64,000 nt of DNA from Pelomyxa schiedti. Its lineage: Eukaryota; Protista; Evosea. The stretch is taken from the NCBI GenBank assembly GCA_020536535.1, contig JAHLWZ010000796.1:91120-155119 (forward strand), in the 5' to 3' direction. Numbering within the stretch: position 1 is the first letter of the stretch; each line of letters begins with the position of its first letter. This document shows positions 12,401 to 23,880 of this stretch, piece by piece. The translations under genes and the position numbers were made by a program. The notes beneath the pieces are model-generated. The model did not search any database. It saw nothing but the letters and a program-made list of their open reading frames with translations, and was not told the DNA's origin.

Positions 12401-15400
12401 CAGATGTATTTGGTACATTCGATCCACAGCAGAGGGATGCCTTCCTTGATTTTACTGTCAGACGGCTGTCCCTAACACAAGGGCCCCCTGGTAGTAAAAT
12501 TTCTACAAGACATTCAATGCTCAACGCTTTTTAGGTACTGGCAAGTCTTATCTTGGTTCCAGGATTGCCTATGCTTTAGCATGTCTTTCAGAACGATCGA
12601 AGAAGTGGGAAGGCCCTATTTTGGTTATGTCCTACAAGAATCATGCACTGGATGAGCTTCTTGTGGACATAAAGCACTTGCTGGATACAAAGTTCCCCCG
12701 CAGCAAAGAGGGAGCGTACAGTATGATAGCCAGACTTGGACGAAGCCCAAAAATGGATGCTGAGGTTTCAAGATTTACCTTAGAAAATCTCTACGCCACT
12801 GTAAGAGCAAATAGAGAGTTACCCATGCCAATCCGGAGTCAGTTTTCTTTTGCTATAGAGGCAGTGAAAAAGGCACTCAAGGAAGTAGAAGCACTAATGA
12901 ATTTATTGACACAGTCACTGCATGGTATGACCCTGATGGATTTCCCAGAATTTGACAAAGCCATACCACCGGAGGAAGAATGGAATGCCCAAATATGGCT
13001 GAATAATACACTTAATTCAATTGAAGCAGATCTGACTCAACGTGAGAGTAACATAAAAGGGGTTAGTGGGGTTGAATTGGAGGCCGAAACAAGAGGTACA
13101 GACCTTGAAGATGAAGAAGATGAAGAACGTAAAGCCGAGGATGAAGAGAGGATGGCAGCTGTAGGCTTAAGTAGCAAGAGGAAAAAACGGCTAAATCAGC
13201 AGCAAACTGGGACAATTTTCAACTTAGCCAACCTGGCTTACCACTATCAAAATATGTTCCCTGACTTCAAGGACACTGAGATCCCTTCACGTCTGCCTCT
13301 GTATGACCCAGTTCCTTTCCTCATAAAGATTCTCCTGATAAGACATGACTACTGTGTTAGTAAAATAAAGGTTGCCTTAAAGGAATATACCTCCTGCCTG
13401 AATAGGGTCCATACCAGTAGTGTGCTTGTTAATGCCTATACTCTGCGCCACAATGACAATGTGGATAAACGAGTTTCAGTAGTTGGTTGCACCATAGTAG
13501 GAGCAGCCATCCACCATGACACAATTGCGGCAATTTCACCATCTGCTCTTATTATTGAAGAAGCTGCTGAAATTGCTGAACCAGCTTTATTGGGCACTCT
13601 ATTCCCTTCTCTGAAGAGGATTATAATGATTGGAGGTGATTTCTTTTCTTAGTAGTCTCAAACCAATTGTTAAAGAATTCTTACCGTAGACCACAAGCAG
13701 CTCAGAGCTACTGTAGAGTGCCATAGTTTGGAAACTTTGAAACACCTCGATGTGAGTGCATTTGAGCGTTTGATAAACAACAATTACCCTGTGGTCACTT
13801 TGCTGACTCAGAATAGAATGCTAGAATCCTTACTCACACCCGTGTTGTTGCATTATAGCAGATTAGAATCCAACTTGGAGAGAGTTTCAAAACTAAAACC
13901 TGAGCCATGGTTGCAAAAACCACTTTTTTGGTGGACACACTCTGAGTTTGAAGACTCGCATAACACCCTTGGTAGAAGTAGGTTAAATTCCTATGAAGCC
14001 AACCGTGCCATAACTTTGATATCTTTCCTGCTGCTACAAGGGACCCCACCCCAGGATATTACATTTCTTACCCCATATGTTGGCCAGGTATCATTCCTCC
14101 TCAAATGAGCATACTGACCACACAAAGCTCATGGAAATGAAAGCTTTGCAAAAGAGGTTTCATGCACTAAACCCCTTGCTCGGATTGAAGGAAGTACAAG
14201 CTCATACAGTTGACGAGTTCCAAGGCACTTTTTCCGTTCCTTGTTTTTTTGGTCTTACACCCCTGAAGGTGACGAGAATAACATCATTATTCTGTCACAA
14301 GTTCGCAGTGCCCCACCTAATTCACCCCCGTCCATAGGATTCTTGCGCCAGGTGAACAGACAAATTGTGGCAACAAGCAGACAAAAGATTGCACTGATAA
14401 TAATTGGAAACCACTCCACGTTCTCCTTTTCACCTGAATGGAAAAGATTAATTGAGTTACTGCAAGCAACTAGCCAGGCAGAAGGTGGCTGTGTATTAAA
14501 AGAGCTTCCCTTGATATGCCCCCGCCACAAGAAAGTCATTCGGCTTGATCAACCACTTCAATCCGTGGGGAACCTGACAGGTTGTGGAGAAGTATGTGGT
14601 GCTAAACTGCCCTGTGGACATTTTTGCAAAGGTAAATGCCATGGTCCTGAAACAAATCATTTCAAGTGCAAGGAGCTTGTGACAGCACAGTTTGAATGTG
14701 GTCATACACGCTCTGTTATGTGTGGAGCGCAACTTAAACAAAAGTGCTATGAAAAAGTACCAGTGTGCCCACCATGTGGGCACAAAACAGTGTGTCTATG
14801 CTACAAAAAAGACAAATACGTATGCTTTTTCCCTTGCACAAAAAAAAACCCCTCCTGTAAGCATCAGTGTTTATTGCGTTGTGGGGTACCATGCAACTCT
14901 CGCTCTTGCAAAATATGTGTCACTACATTGATGGAAAGACTCCTTCCAACAATGCGAAGAAAGATGAACAGGCGCATCAAAAAGGGAAAAGTACCACCCC
15001 AAAAAGAAGGTTCCCTTAATGAAAAAGAGCGGGCAATGCTTCTTGCTTCAATTCATTCCCTGCAACTCGGAACTCCACATTCTCTTACTGATGAGGAATG
15101 GTACTCTCTTCTCGATTCTCTTTCCCCCTCTGATTTCTTTGAACCCCTGGGTCAAGACCATTTCCTTTCCAATGGTGATGGACTCAATGAACTTGAGGCC
15201 TATGAAAAAGTTTGGAAAATAATCACTACACAAATGAATATCCGTATCCCAAGTGCATGGTCAATAACACCCTTATGTCAAGGCTATCTAGCCTTACGTG
15301 AAGCACTTGTGCCTGATGCACTAAAGGAACTAAGAGAAGTATTTAACACCCTCTTACACGTCTCTGAAGACACTGAGGAAGAGGAGTTTGTTGATGACAA

Positions 15401-16808
15401 TTCAAATAAGCCTGAAAGAATATATAAGAAAATTCCACACATTTTGAGCTCCGCCATACGACGCACACATGACGTACTGTTGGATTATATTACTGGCCAA
15501 AACAACATTGCCTCCAAAAGGTATTCACATTACCAAGACTTTGTAACAGAAGACCTTCCCACGCTTGCCCACAAGCTTACATCAAGCCTCCATGCAGACA
15601 ATTTATCATTTCTATCAAAAGAAGCCCTATCCATTGCGCGGAAATGGGGACTTCCTGTGGGGTCTCTAAAGCAAGAGTTTATTCTTCATCCGGAGTTGTG
15701 CCCTCCCCATCTCGAGTTGGAAAAGCGCAGCTTATACATCCCTGAAAACCATGATATGGCGTTCATCACCATAGATATCCGTAGGGCAGGTTTTACCGTA
15801 CTTTCTTTGACTACACCCTCTGTTGTTGCCTACTCTGAAAAGTGGGAGGACTTTGTGGAAAATGTAATTGCACAGCACCAGCAATCGACCCGCGAGACTC
15901 TACTACCAGATGTCATACAACACTTCAAAGCCATGAGGACAGCTCTTCTTGGAAAGCTATGCCATAAAAAAAATGCAATGCTTCAAAGTCACATACTGCG
16001 TTTAATAGCCCGAGCTATTTTGAATTATTGTTCTGCACGAGATTTCCCAGAAGAGGATGTGAAGCACATTAAAACTATCTTCCGCTTCTCTTGTGACGAG
16101 CTGATTATAGTCTGCCAAAAACCAAAAAATAGTTGGAAGACTCTAGAAATTGTGAAAGATAGTATTGCTGAATTCTTCCCTAAAGTCTCAAACATCATTA
16201 AAGTGGAATCAATGAGACTTGCGTGCATTCTCTTCACAGAACACATGGAACAAACACCCCCACCAGAAGAACATGAGCCCGACGAAGATGTGATAAGACC
16301 GGGCCACATTCTTTTGAAAAATAAGTATATTGAGCCCGAGTCAGTTATTGACGAATCGTGGGAGGAACCGCAAGCTGATTGTGTACCAGTTAATCCTGGG
16401 GCGTCATTATCCCAAACTGCACCTGATGAAAAAGTCTCTTTTGTTGACACCCCCACAGGGGATCCCCCTGAGATGCAGCCCATCAATAATGCTGAACCAC
16501 CAAAAAGAAATATTTTCTTTGTCCGTGTTGGCTCCACCAAGGTATTTGATATCAAACAAATACCACAGTGGAATCTCGTTGAAGGACTGTCCATTGTTTA
16601 CCACTTGCGTGAAAATCTTCAAAAAGAAGATTGGCCAAAGAATTGGTTTAATCCAGACACCTCTCTTGAGGTTGAGCTACAAGATAACCTAGAGGAACTC
16701 CCAGACACTCCACCTCCAACAGTTGAGAGCCCTCCAGTAAACTCACCAGTGATAGTTAAAAGCACAAAAGCTCGTCATTTTTTTACTCATAAAACGGCAG
16801 GTACTTGA
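9500..16808 (+). CDS. ZNFX1-like UPF1-family SF1 helicase with NF-X1 zinc fingers, Q/P/S-rich N-terminus and an extra C-terminal domain
   Basis: LSLTQGPPG(T)GKSY Walker A across the intron at ~12490-12535. Further motifs MSYKNHALDELL, IIEEAAEIAEP, IMIGDHKQLR, SAFERL, LLTQNRM, SRLNSYEA, ITFLTPYVGQ, TVDEFQGDENNIIILSQVRS and RQIVATSR. Cys/His-rich CGEVCGAKLPCGHFCKGKCH repeats at 14510-14915. Confidence 0.88.
9826..9850 (+). repeat. (CAA)n microsatellite encoding poly-Gln
   Basis: caacaacaacaacaacaacaacaa in the helicase N-terminal exon. Confidence 0.9.
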
Positions 16809-16888
16809 GAACTTCCTCATAAAAGTAAATCAACCTCATTACAGATGCTAGGACTTTGGTTGCAAGTCTGAAATCAAAAAACGGAAGT

Positions 16889-18337
16889 ATGAGTATTCAA
16901 AAGGACATTGAGTCAAGAACAGATAAACAAGAATATTGTTCTAACATTCTCTCCCAAGTGCTTCCCTTCTCATCGGAGTTGATGCAGAGTATGCCCGACA
17001 AAAAGAAATCAGCCTAACACAAATTAGATCAATTTGCAAATCATGCCTTTCAATTGATTCTCAAAGAGGTTCCGGAAACCTTAATCACGCAAGCCCTCCA
17101 ACAGATCAACGGACACCTAGCAGATATAGCCACCCATACATACGGACATTACTCTTTTAAAACAATTCTTGGGTTAGTTAAGACTTCTGAACAGGTACCT
17201 TCTTCCCCGCAAAAAAGAGGCCAACTACCATTTATCATAGATGCAAGTTATAGCTAGCTCACTGAAAACGCACGTGTCCACCATTTTGTTTTCCACTTGG
17301 GGGTCTGATACCATTTCCTCAATACTCCAAGTCTTCTCTCCTTTCCCTTCTCACTGTCAGTTTATTTTTGATGCACTTAGTTCTCCCATTGTTTGCAAGG
17401 TTGGGACTGCTTTGACTTTCCTTGATTAATTCCACACAGTGTGCTGAAACACTTTCCGGTTGTAACAGCCTTATTGCATGTCTACAATATGGAAATGCTG
17501 AGCAGAAGGTAAATCAATCCAAGAAGTATTTGGCGCTGTACTCAGTGAAATCACCCCAGGAATATCTGTGTACTTCAATTCTGAAGGATTCAGATACAAT
17601 AAAACAATGCCGGAACGGCAAAGAACTTCTTCAGGCCGCCGGCAAATACTCAACATGTTGACATTACTCGTTTTTCCAACAACGTTCTCACAAAAAAACA
17701 AACAGTATATAAATTTACAGACGCAACTGTGCCGCTTCCCACAACTTCAAACTCCCCCCCTATCCTCCCCATATTGGACAAAACAAGCCCAGAAAGACCT
17801 TCTGCCCAGGAATCCCACTCACCACCGCCATCAACCTCAACCTCTCCGACTTCGATTCTACATTCCGCGAGTGAAAACTCATCCTCATCCACATCCTCAT
17901 CATCAACATCCCAGCCGAGCCCACCCCCTACTCCCTTACTGGTACAACCATGTCCGATTCCAATTCCCACAGGCAAACCGGGATTCTCGGAATTGCCCTG
18001 CTCCCCTGCACCAACACCGGCGGCACCCTCGCCCTCATTGCCGCCCACAACAACGCCAATCACTCCCATAATACAAACCAGTGCGCCCCAGCCACTCCAG
18101 ACCACTACTCCCCTCTCTTGTGGGTCAGTTCCCCTCCCATCATCAACATTTAGCACAGTTGCGCCACTCACCTCGACACCAGTGTCGCAATCACCCCCAC
18201 TCCTTCAGTCCTCAAATCTGGCAGTAACACCCTCCAATGTCAACATGCCTTACACATGCCCAAACCCAAATACTACAAACAAAATTGCCATACCTGCACT
18301 ACCAAGAGTCCAAGGGATCCCTCACAAAGGGGAATGA
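16889..18337 (+). CDS. Divergent Pumilio/PUF-repeat protein with Pro/Ser/Thr-rich tail
   Basis: Spliced repeats ELMQNQFANHAFQLILK, DIATHTYGHYSFKTILG, ILFSTWGSDTISSILQ and TLSGCNSLIACLQYG resemble the PUF consensus L..d.fGNyviQkll. They are followed by the low-complexity ORF 17729-18337. Confidence 0.6.
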
Positions 18338-18571
18338 GAAAAAAAATGATAATTGAGGAGCCTAATGTGCCTTTTATCATTGTTTCAATACAGAAACAAG
18401 AAACAATTTTTGGGTTGGTTTTTACTGGGTGTGAACTTGCTAAAGAACGTACGATAGGTTCTGTTATTCTCCTAACTTTACTTTATTCCTTGGGCCTGGG
18501 TGATGGTGGCTTGGTAGATATCCTCCCCAGGATCCTCTCACAGCTCTTGAGGGATATAACATGGGCTAGTT

Positions 18572-20504
18572 TCAGACATCAACTACAATAAGGCCTATCC
18601 AAACGAGCTTGTGGGGGTCTAGGCCATTGCCAAAAGCCAGTATTTGGTGCTTTGGGTGCTGGGCCTTGACCTTTGCTATGGTGTTCATGATGCTTTTTTT
18701 ATCAAACTCGGAGCCAAAGCTAGTTGCACACCTGTGGATTATCAGAAGTTGCTGAAAACCACATGTTCTTTTACCGGTCTAATACAGTGACTGGATCACC
18801 TCTGACACAGTGCATGACCTTAAAGTCTTCCCGGCCAACATTGCATACAAGATGCAATAAATTGGATGTTGTGATCTTTGTATAAAGGTAAACGACAGAA
18901 ATAATCAATACAGTATTACCTCCGAATACCGGGTCATTTCCACTCTATAATCTGGAATTTTCATTTTTTCTGCATATAGAAGTAAGGCAATATCAACAGG
19001 GGAGCCAATGACTGTATCTCCCAGTGTTTCAGCATTATTACATAGCACTGAGAGCTAACAAGTGGGGAATTAGAAACAAGGAGTAGGAAGTGTGAAAACC
19101 TGGTTCAAGGTGAACAAGACTGGATACTGATCATCTGTCACCACTGTATTGCCATCCAATAAGGCGACTTTATTATTGCTTCTCTTTAAAAGTTATGATT
19201 GCCGACACCATAATAAATTTACATGGACAACGGAGAGCACATCTGTGTGTGCACAAAGCTTGGATACAGCACTCGAAAGAATTTCATCAGTGGATTTGAC
19301 ATGCACAACATCAGTTTGGAACCGGTCCAGTATAACATCTTTTGGGGTGCCTTGGCCAAAGGAAAGCCATTTGTACATGCAAAAAACTTCAAATATACTT
19401 AATAGACCTACAAACAGTCAAATTTTGGCTTCATAACAAAGAGAAAAATTTGGTACCTGAGAAAAAGAGGTTGCGAAAGGCATACATCACGATGGTTAGC
19501 TTTGTAAAAAAGACTGACAGTATGAGCGCAGCACCAAGGAAAACATGGTATCCCTTGGAGACAGTGGAAATCTTGTTCTGGTTGTTTTTTCGGGTTTTAG
19601 GAGAAAGATTTCTCGATTGGGGTATGAACTTCAAATCTTCTTCGGCTTTGTTGCTTATAGCGGCCTGAAACCTGTAGAACTGTTGCTGAAGCAACATGTA
19701 CTGCAATTCCGCTGCCTGTACCCTCCAGGATGAGAGAGCCTTTCAATATCATGTTGCTCATTACGGGGGTATTTGGGACCGCTGTCAATTTATCTGCACT
19801 TTTTACAACACTGGTCGAGTCACCTGTAAAACAATAAGCAGTCGAAGTGACTTCCAACACTTACCTGTAAAAAGTCCCTCATTTACACGCAAATTTTCGC
19901 AGTCTACAATACGAAAGTCTGCTGGGGCAACAGTTCCAGCCGTGAATTGAACTATGTCACCAACAACAATCTGCTGTTCATTAAGCATGACAATCTTGTC
20001 GTTTCTCTTAACATGGTACCTTTTTGACATTTCGTTATAATTAGGGTGGACATCGTTTGGTTTTAAAGGGCGGATAGTTACAAATCTCGGGATTCGTTGT
20101 GGGGCTTGGGTTGTGACTTGTGGGAAATGAATCGCCATGTCAGTCCGCGTAGTGCAATGTAGGAAAAAAACCCCAACAGCAAGAGCACGTCGAAACCATA
20201 GACAGATATCCCATAAGTCCACGACGTGGAGAGCGCGACCGTGCTCCACCAGGCATCTTCTGCAACCAATTTCTTTTCAAAACTGCCAAGTGCAGGCTCA
20301 TCAAGTGGCTTTCTCCTTTCTTCCTGCAAAAAAAAAAAAGAGTCTCAGATGTCAGCCCAGTTAACATCAGGGAAAAATCGAATAGACCTCAGAGTCAGCC
20401 AATCCCGCGAGGGATGAGTCCAACAGTCTGACTACATCCGGGATCTCCATTGTGGAGAATCTAGCGTGTCGTCGTGACAACAACAGTCCAGTGGCGCTTT
20501 TCAT
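18572..20504 (-). CDS. Truncated, degenerate P-type II ATPase-like protein (N-terminus, M1-2, actuator, M3-4, N domain; no intact P domain or M5-M10)
   Basis: Cation-ATPase N-terminus MEIPDVVRLLDSSLAGLADSEV. Actuator IVVGDIVQFTAGTVAPADFRIVDCENLRVNEGLFTGDSTSVVKS and NMILKGSLILEGTGSGIAVHVASAT. N domain LCNNAE...GSPVDIALL and VRGDPVTVLDRC. Ends KLVWIGLIVVDV* at 18572. Confidence 0.7.
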
Positions 20505-20771
20505 TTTCCAAACAGTGTCGGTTGTTTTTTTTTTAATTTAATTTACTCGGTTCACGGTAGGCTTTTTGATTGATTGGATCTACTGTCTTTCCAACTAATT
20601 TCCCAATTCCTGCTCGGGGAGGTTTGTGACACGTGGCTCCCCTGCCAGTAAAAACCTCCGAGCCCAAGTCCATACTTCAGGTGGTCACTGATCCAGACCC
20701 AAAACATGCAGGCAATATCTGCCATCAAACGAAATTAGAGAAATAAAAGAAGAAAGAAGAGCTTCATAAAC

Positions 20772-23400
20772 ATGACTACGGGTGTGGACGGCGGATCTGC
20801 GTATAACGTGCAATCACGCCCCGCGGTATGGATCTCGTACTTTGTTGCTGTGGGTTTTTCCTGACCTTTGTCAGGCTCAGCTATCACCTGAGGCCGCGGA
20901 ATATGAAAGCGAACTTGAAGGATTGACGATCAACTCAAAACCGATTATCAATAGTCTGACCATAATTGCTGGTGAGAATATGGATGCCGCACCAGATATT
21001 GTAGCCACAATTGAAAGGCGCATAGAGACCGTATGTCCTTGGTTTTCCATTCCTTTTTTTTTTTTCTTCCACTGACACTTTGCGAAGGCTCCAAGCAACC
21101 AGAAATTGCCTGCGTTGTATTTGTTGGATTCTATCATTAAGAACATTGGAGGAGCATATGTCAACCTATTTGCACGAAACATAGTGAACACGTTCATACG
21201 GACTTTTGTTGGTGTTGATGACAGTACACGAGAGGCCTTGCTTCGTTTACTACGTACTTGGCAACAACAACCAATTTTTCCAATGGCGGCTGTAAGGGCG
21301 ATCGAAGTTGCCTTGCGACTGCCGTCACCTACAGCAGCCCCCGTACCACCTCTCCCTCCAATAGTTCCGGCTGTATCTTCTAGTGGATTTCTTGGTGAGC
21401 ATGGAGGTAAGGCTTTTCTGCAATGGGTTCTTCTAAAAGTCCAACAGGAGTACAGCCAACAAACCCGTCCTTCCAGGTAAATAGTCTAAATATAAATATA
21501 TTTTCTCTTCCTTTAACTTTCTCTTAGTACCTGCCAAGACCAGATCCTCTACCACCCCCAATGCCTCTTCAACAACCCACCCTACTTCCAGCTAATGATG
21601 TACCAATACAATCACAACCGCATTTCACCCCAGACCGATGGCATTATCCTGGGAGGATGGATCAGATTCCACCTCCACAATCACAATTGCAACCACCAAT
21701 GCAGTCCCACTTACTTGCTCGTGTAAGCACCGTCACAAACAGGTTTGAGTGTGTTCATCAGCTCACCGTCATCTTACATCTCCACCACAGGGAAGCACTT
21801 GTCAATGAACTTGCTTTCGATGAGGAATCTTATTCCCGCCAGTCCATGTACCCTGTAATGCAACAACCCCCACCCCAACAACCACCTCCACCTCAGCCAC
21901 AATTCCAAGCACCCCCACCAAATATCGACCCTTATTTGTCCACCCCCCAGCCATTATATTCCCAACCAGCACCTCAATTCGCACCCCAACACCAAGAAAG
22001 ACACCGACCATTCAGACGGCATCCACACGAATATGGCCCTCCAAAGATGCCTCAAAATAGGTCACATGGACCACAGATGTATACACCACCACCACCTAAT
22101 ACACCAGAATGGGCAAACTCTGAGTACACAGACTATCCCCCGCAAACCCACCAGCCGGGTCGAAATGGTCCTCACTTTCCTCAGCAACAACCGTCACGAT
22201 TTCCCCACCCACAGCAGCACCACCCTCCACCTCACCATAGGCCACACCAAAACTACCCTCCTCCATCACAAAATGTGCCTGCACACACGCAGTATGTACA
22301 ATGCATAAAGTGAGTCCATTAGTAATTATTCTGCAGACAACACAGTGCAGTTGTAGAGGCATTGTATAGGGGAATAGGTTATGGGGGATTTGCAGCACAA
22401 TGCACAGTATAGCCTTCATTCTCCCTTTTCATTCTGACTCTACTGCAGACTTGTGGGCTCCGGTTCACAACGGCAGAGATTTTAAATCAACACATGGACT
22501 GGCACTTTGCGTGGAATAAACGGGACAAGCAAAGGGCTCATCATGCACTATCTCGCTCTTGGTTTCCGTCTGCCTTTGATTGGGCTCGCTCTCGTGCTGA
22601 ATGTATTGCCTTGGTTTGTTTAACCTCAGTCACCATAATCTAGCCCCTCTGTGCCCTGACACCAGTCCAGCCGACCAGAGGGTAGTATCAACAAGCACTG
22701 GTGTTAGTACTGTCATTCCAAGTGGAGAGGCTGTGAATTTAACGGTTAGACTGCCCCAACAGAATTGCAAGACTGGCGGCACAATTGCCCCACTAGCAGA
22801 AGTGGAACCAGCCGAGCCAATTTTTGAAGTGGTCGCAGATGACCGCCAACCGAACTGTAGTTACTGCAATGAACTATTTGTAACAAAGTATAATCATGAA
22901 AAGGAAGAATGGATGTTGCAGTGTGTGCTGAAACCCCCTCCCTTCTTGGTTAACTTGCTCTAGAAACGCTGTCATTGACCCAAGTACCAATAAAATTGTA
23001 CACGTGAAGTGCTTGAATGCTGCAATGTCTGGTGAGCCCTTTTGTTAACTTCACTTTCCTCACATAGTTCCCAGGCAACATCAATAAATACATTTCTGCT
23101 GATATTTCTTCCGCTTTGAATGCCGATACAAATAATGTAAACCACGTTAACATTAAACTCAGGGTTTTCCCTTCAACAATTAAATGTTATAAAACAACCC
23201 ACACTTTGCAAAGACATCGTTAGATTCATATGCCTTATCTTAAAAAAAACTACAAAACAAAAAAAGGGTGAACTACATTATTCTGAGCCTGACCCCAAGA
23301 GACCACGTACTGCTTATGATTTTATGAACCAAGCAATACTTGAAACACCCATAACCAACAAAGCAATGGATGCAAATATAACTTGCCCTCAAATCACACC
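20772..23400 (+). CDS. PCF11: Pre-mRNA 3'-end processing factor PCF11 (3' end approximate)
   Basis: CID: YESELEGLTINSKPIINSLTIIA...KLPALYLLDSIIKNIG. P/Q-rich middle. C2H2 finger CQTCGLRF...QHMDWHF...SRSWF at ~22445-22580. Second zinc site CSYCNELF...EEWML...HVKC. Confidence 0.92.
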
Positions 23401-23880
23401 AACACTAGCAAACTCACACTGAGTTCCCCTTCTATGTGGAGGTGGTATGGTTCCGAGCCATGACCGTAGCAGCTCTTGGTTCGTTTCTTTTTTGTTTTAT
23501 TTCGTGTTTCTTCACTTCTTGGCAAAAAATGGAGCCAAAATAAAACAAACTATTTTTTTTTCCGTTTTCTTTTAGAAAATAAGTGAAATGGTTGGGGAGA
23601 TGTATTCTCGTAGTTCCAATACTCCCATTATCTTCTGTGGGTTTGGTTGGTTGCTGGAGATTCAATTATACCTTGCTGCGTTTGTGAAATGCAATCCTTG
23701 TGTCCAAGTAAGTACGGTACTGCCGAACCGTGTATTTCTGATGCACGATAACGAACCCGGGAGCCTGAGCTCTGTGGTTTGATGTGGTTGACTTTCTAAA
23801 ACCCGGCGGCAACGCAGTTGTTGCAACAAAGAAAATTTTTTGAAATGGAATTAGCATAGGAGCTATGGGTCAGTGCGTTT

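Noticed and set aside
17650-18171. Gly/Val-rich minus-strand ORF
   Set aside because: Mirror of the Pro/Thr-rich tail of the PUF-like gene.
23285-23335. PDPKRPRTAY resembling an HMG-box start
   Set aside because: No following HMG helices; more likely a basic NLS-like PCF11 tail or UTR.
23432-23857. Two short minus-strand ORFs downstream of the ankyrin gene
   Set aside because: No recognisable motifs; compatible with UTR or intergenic sequence.
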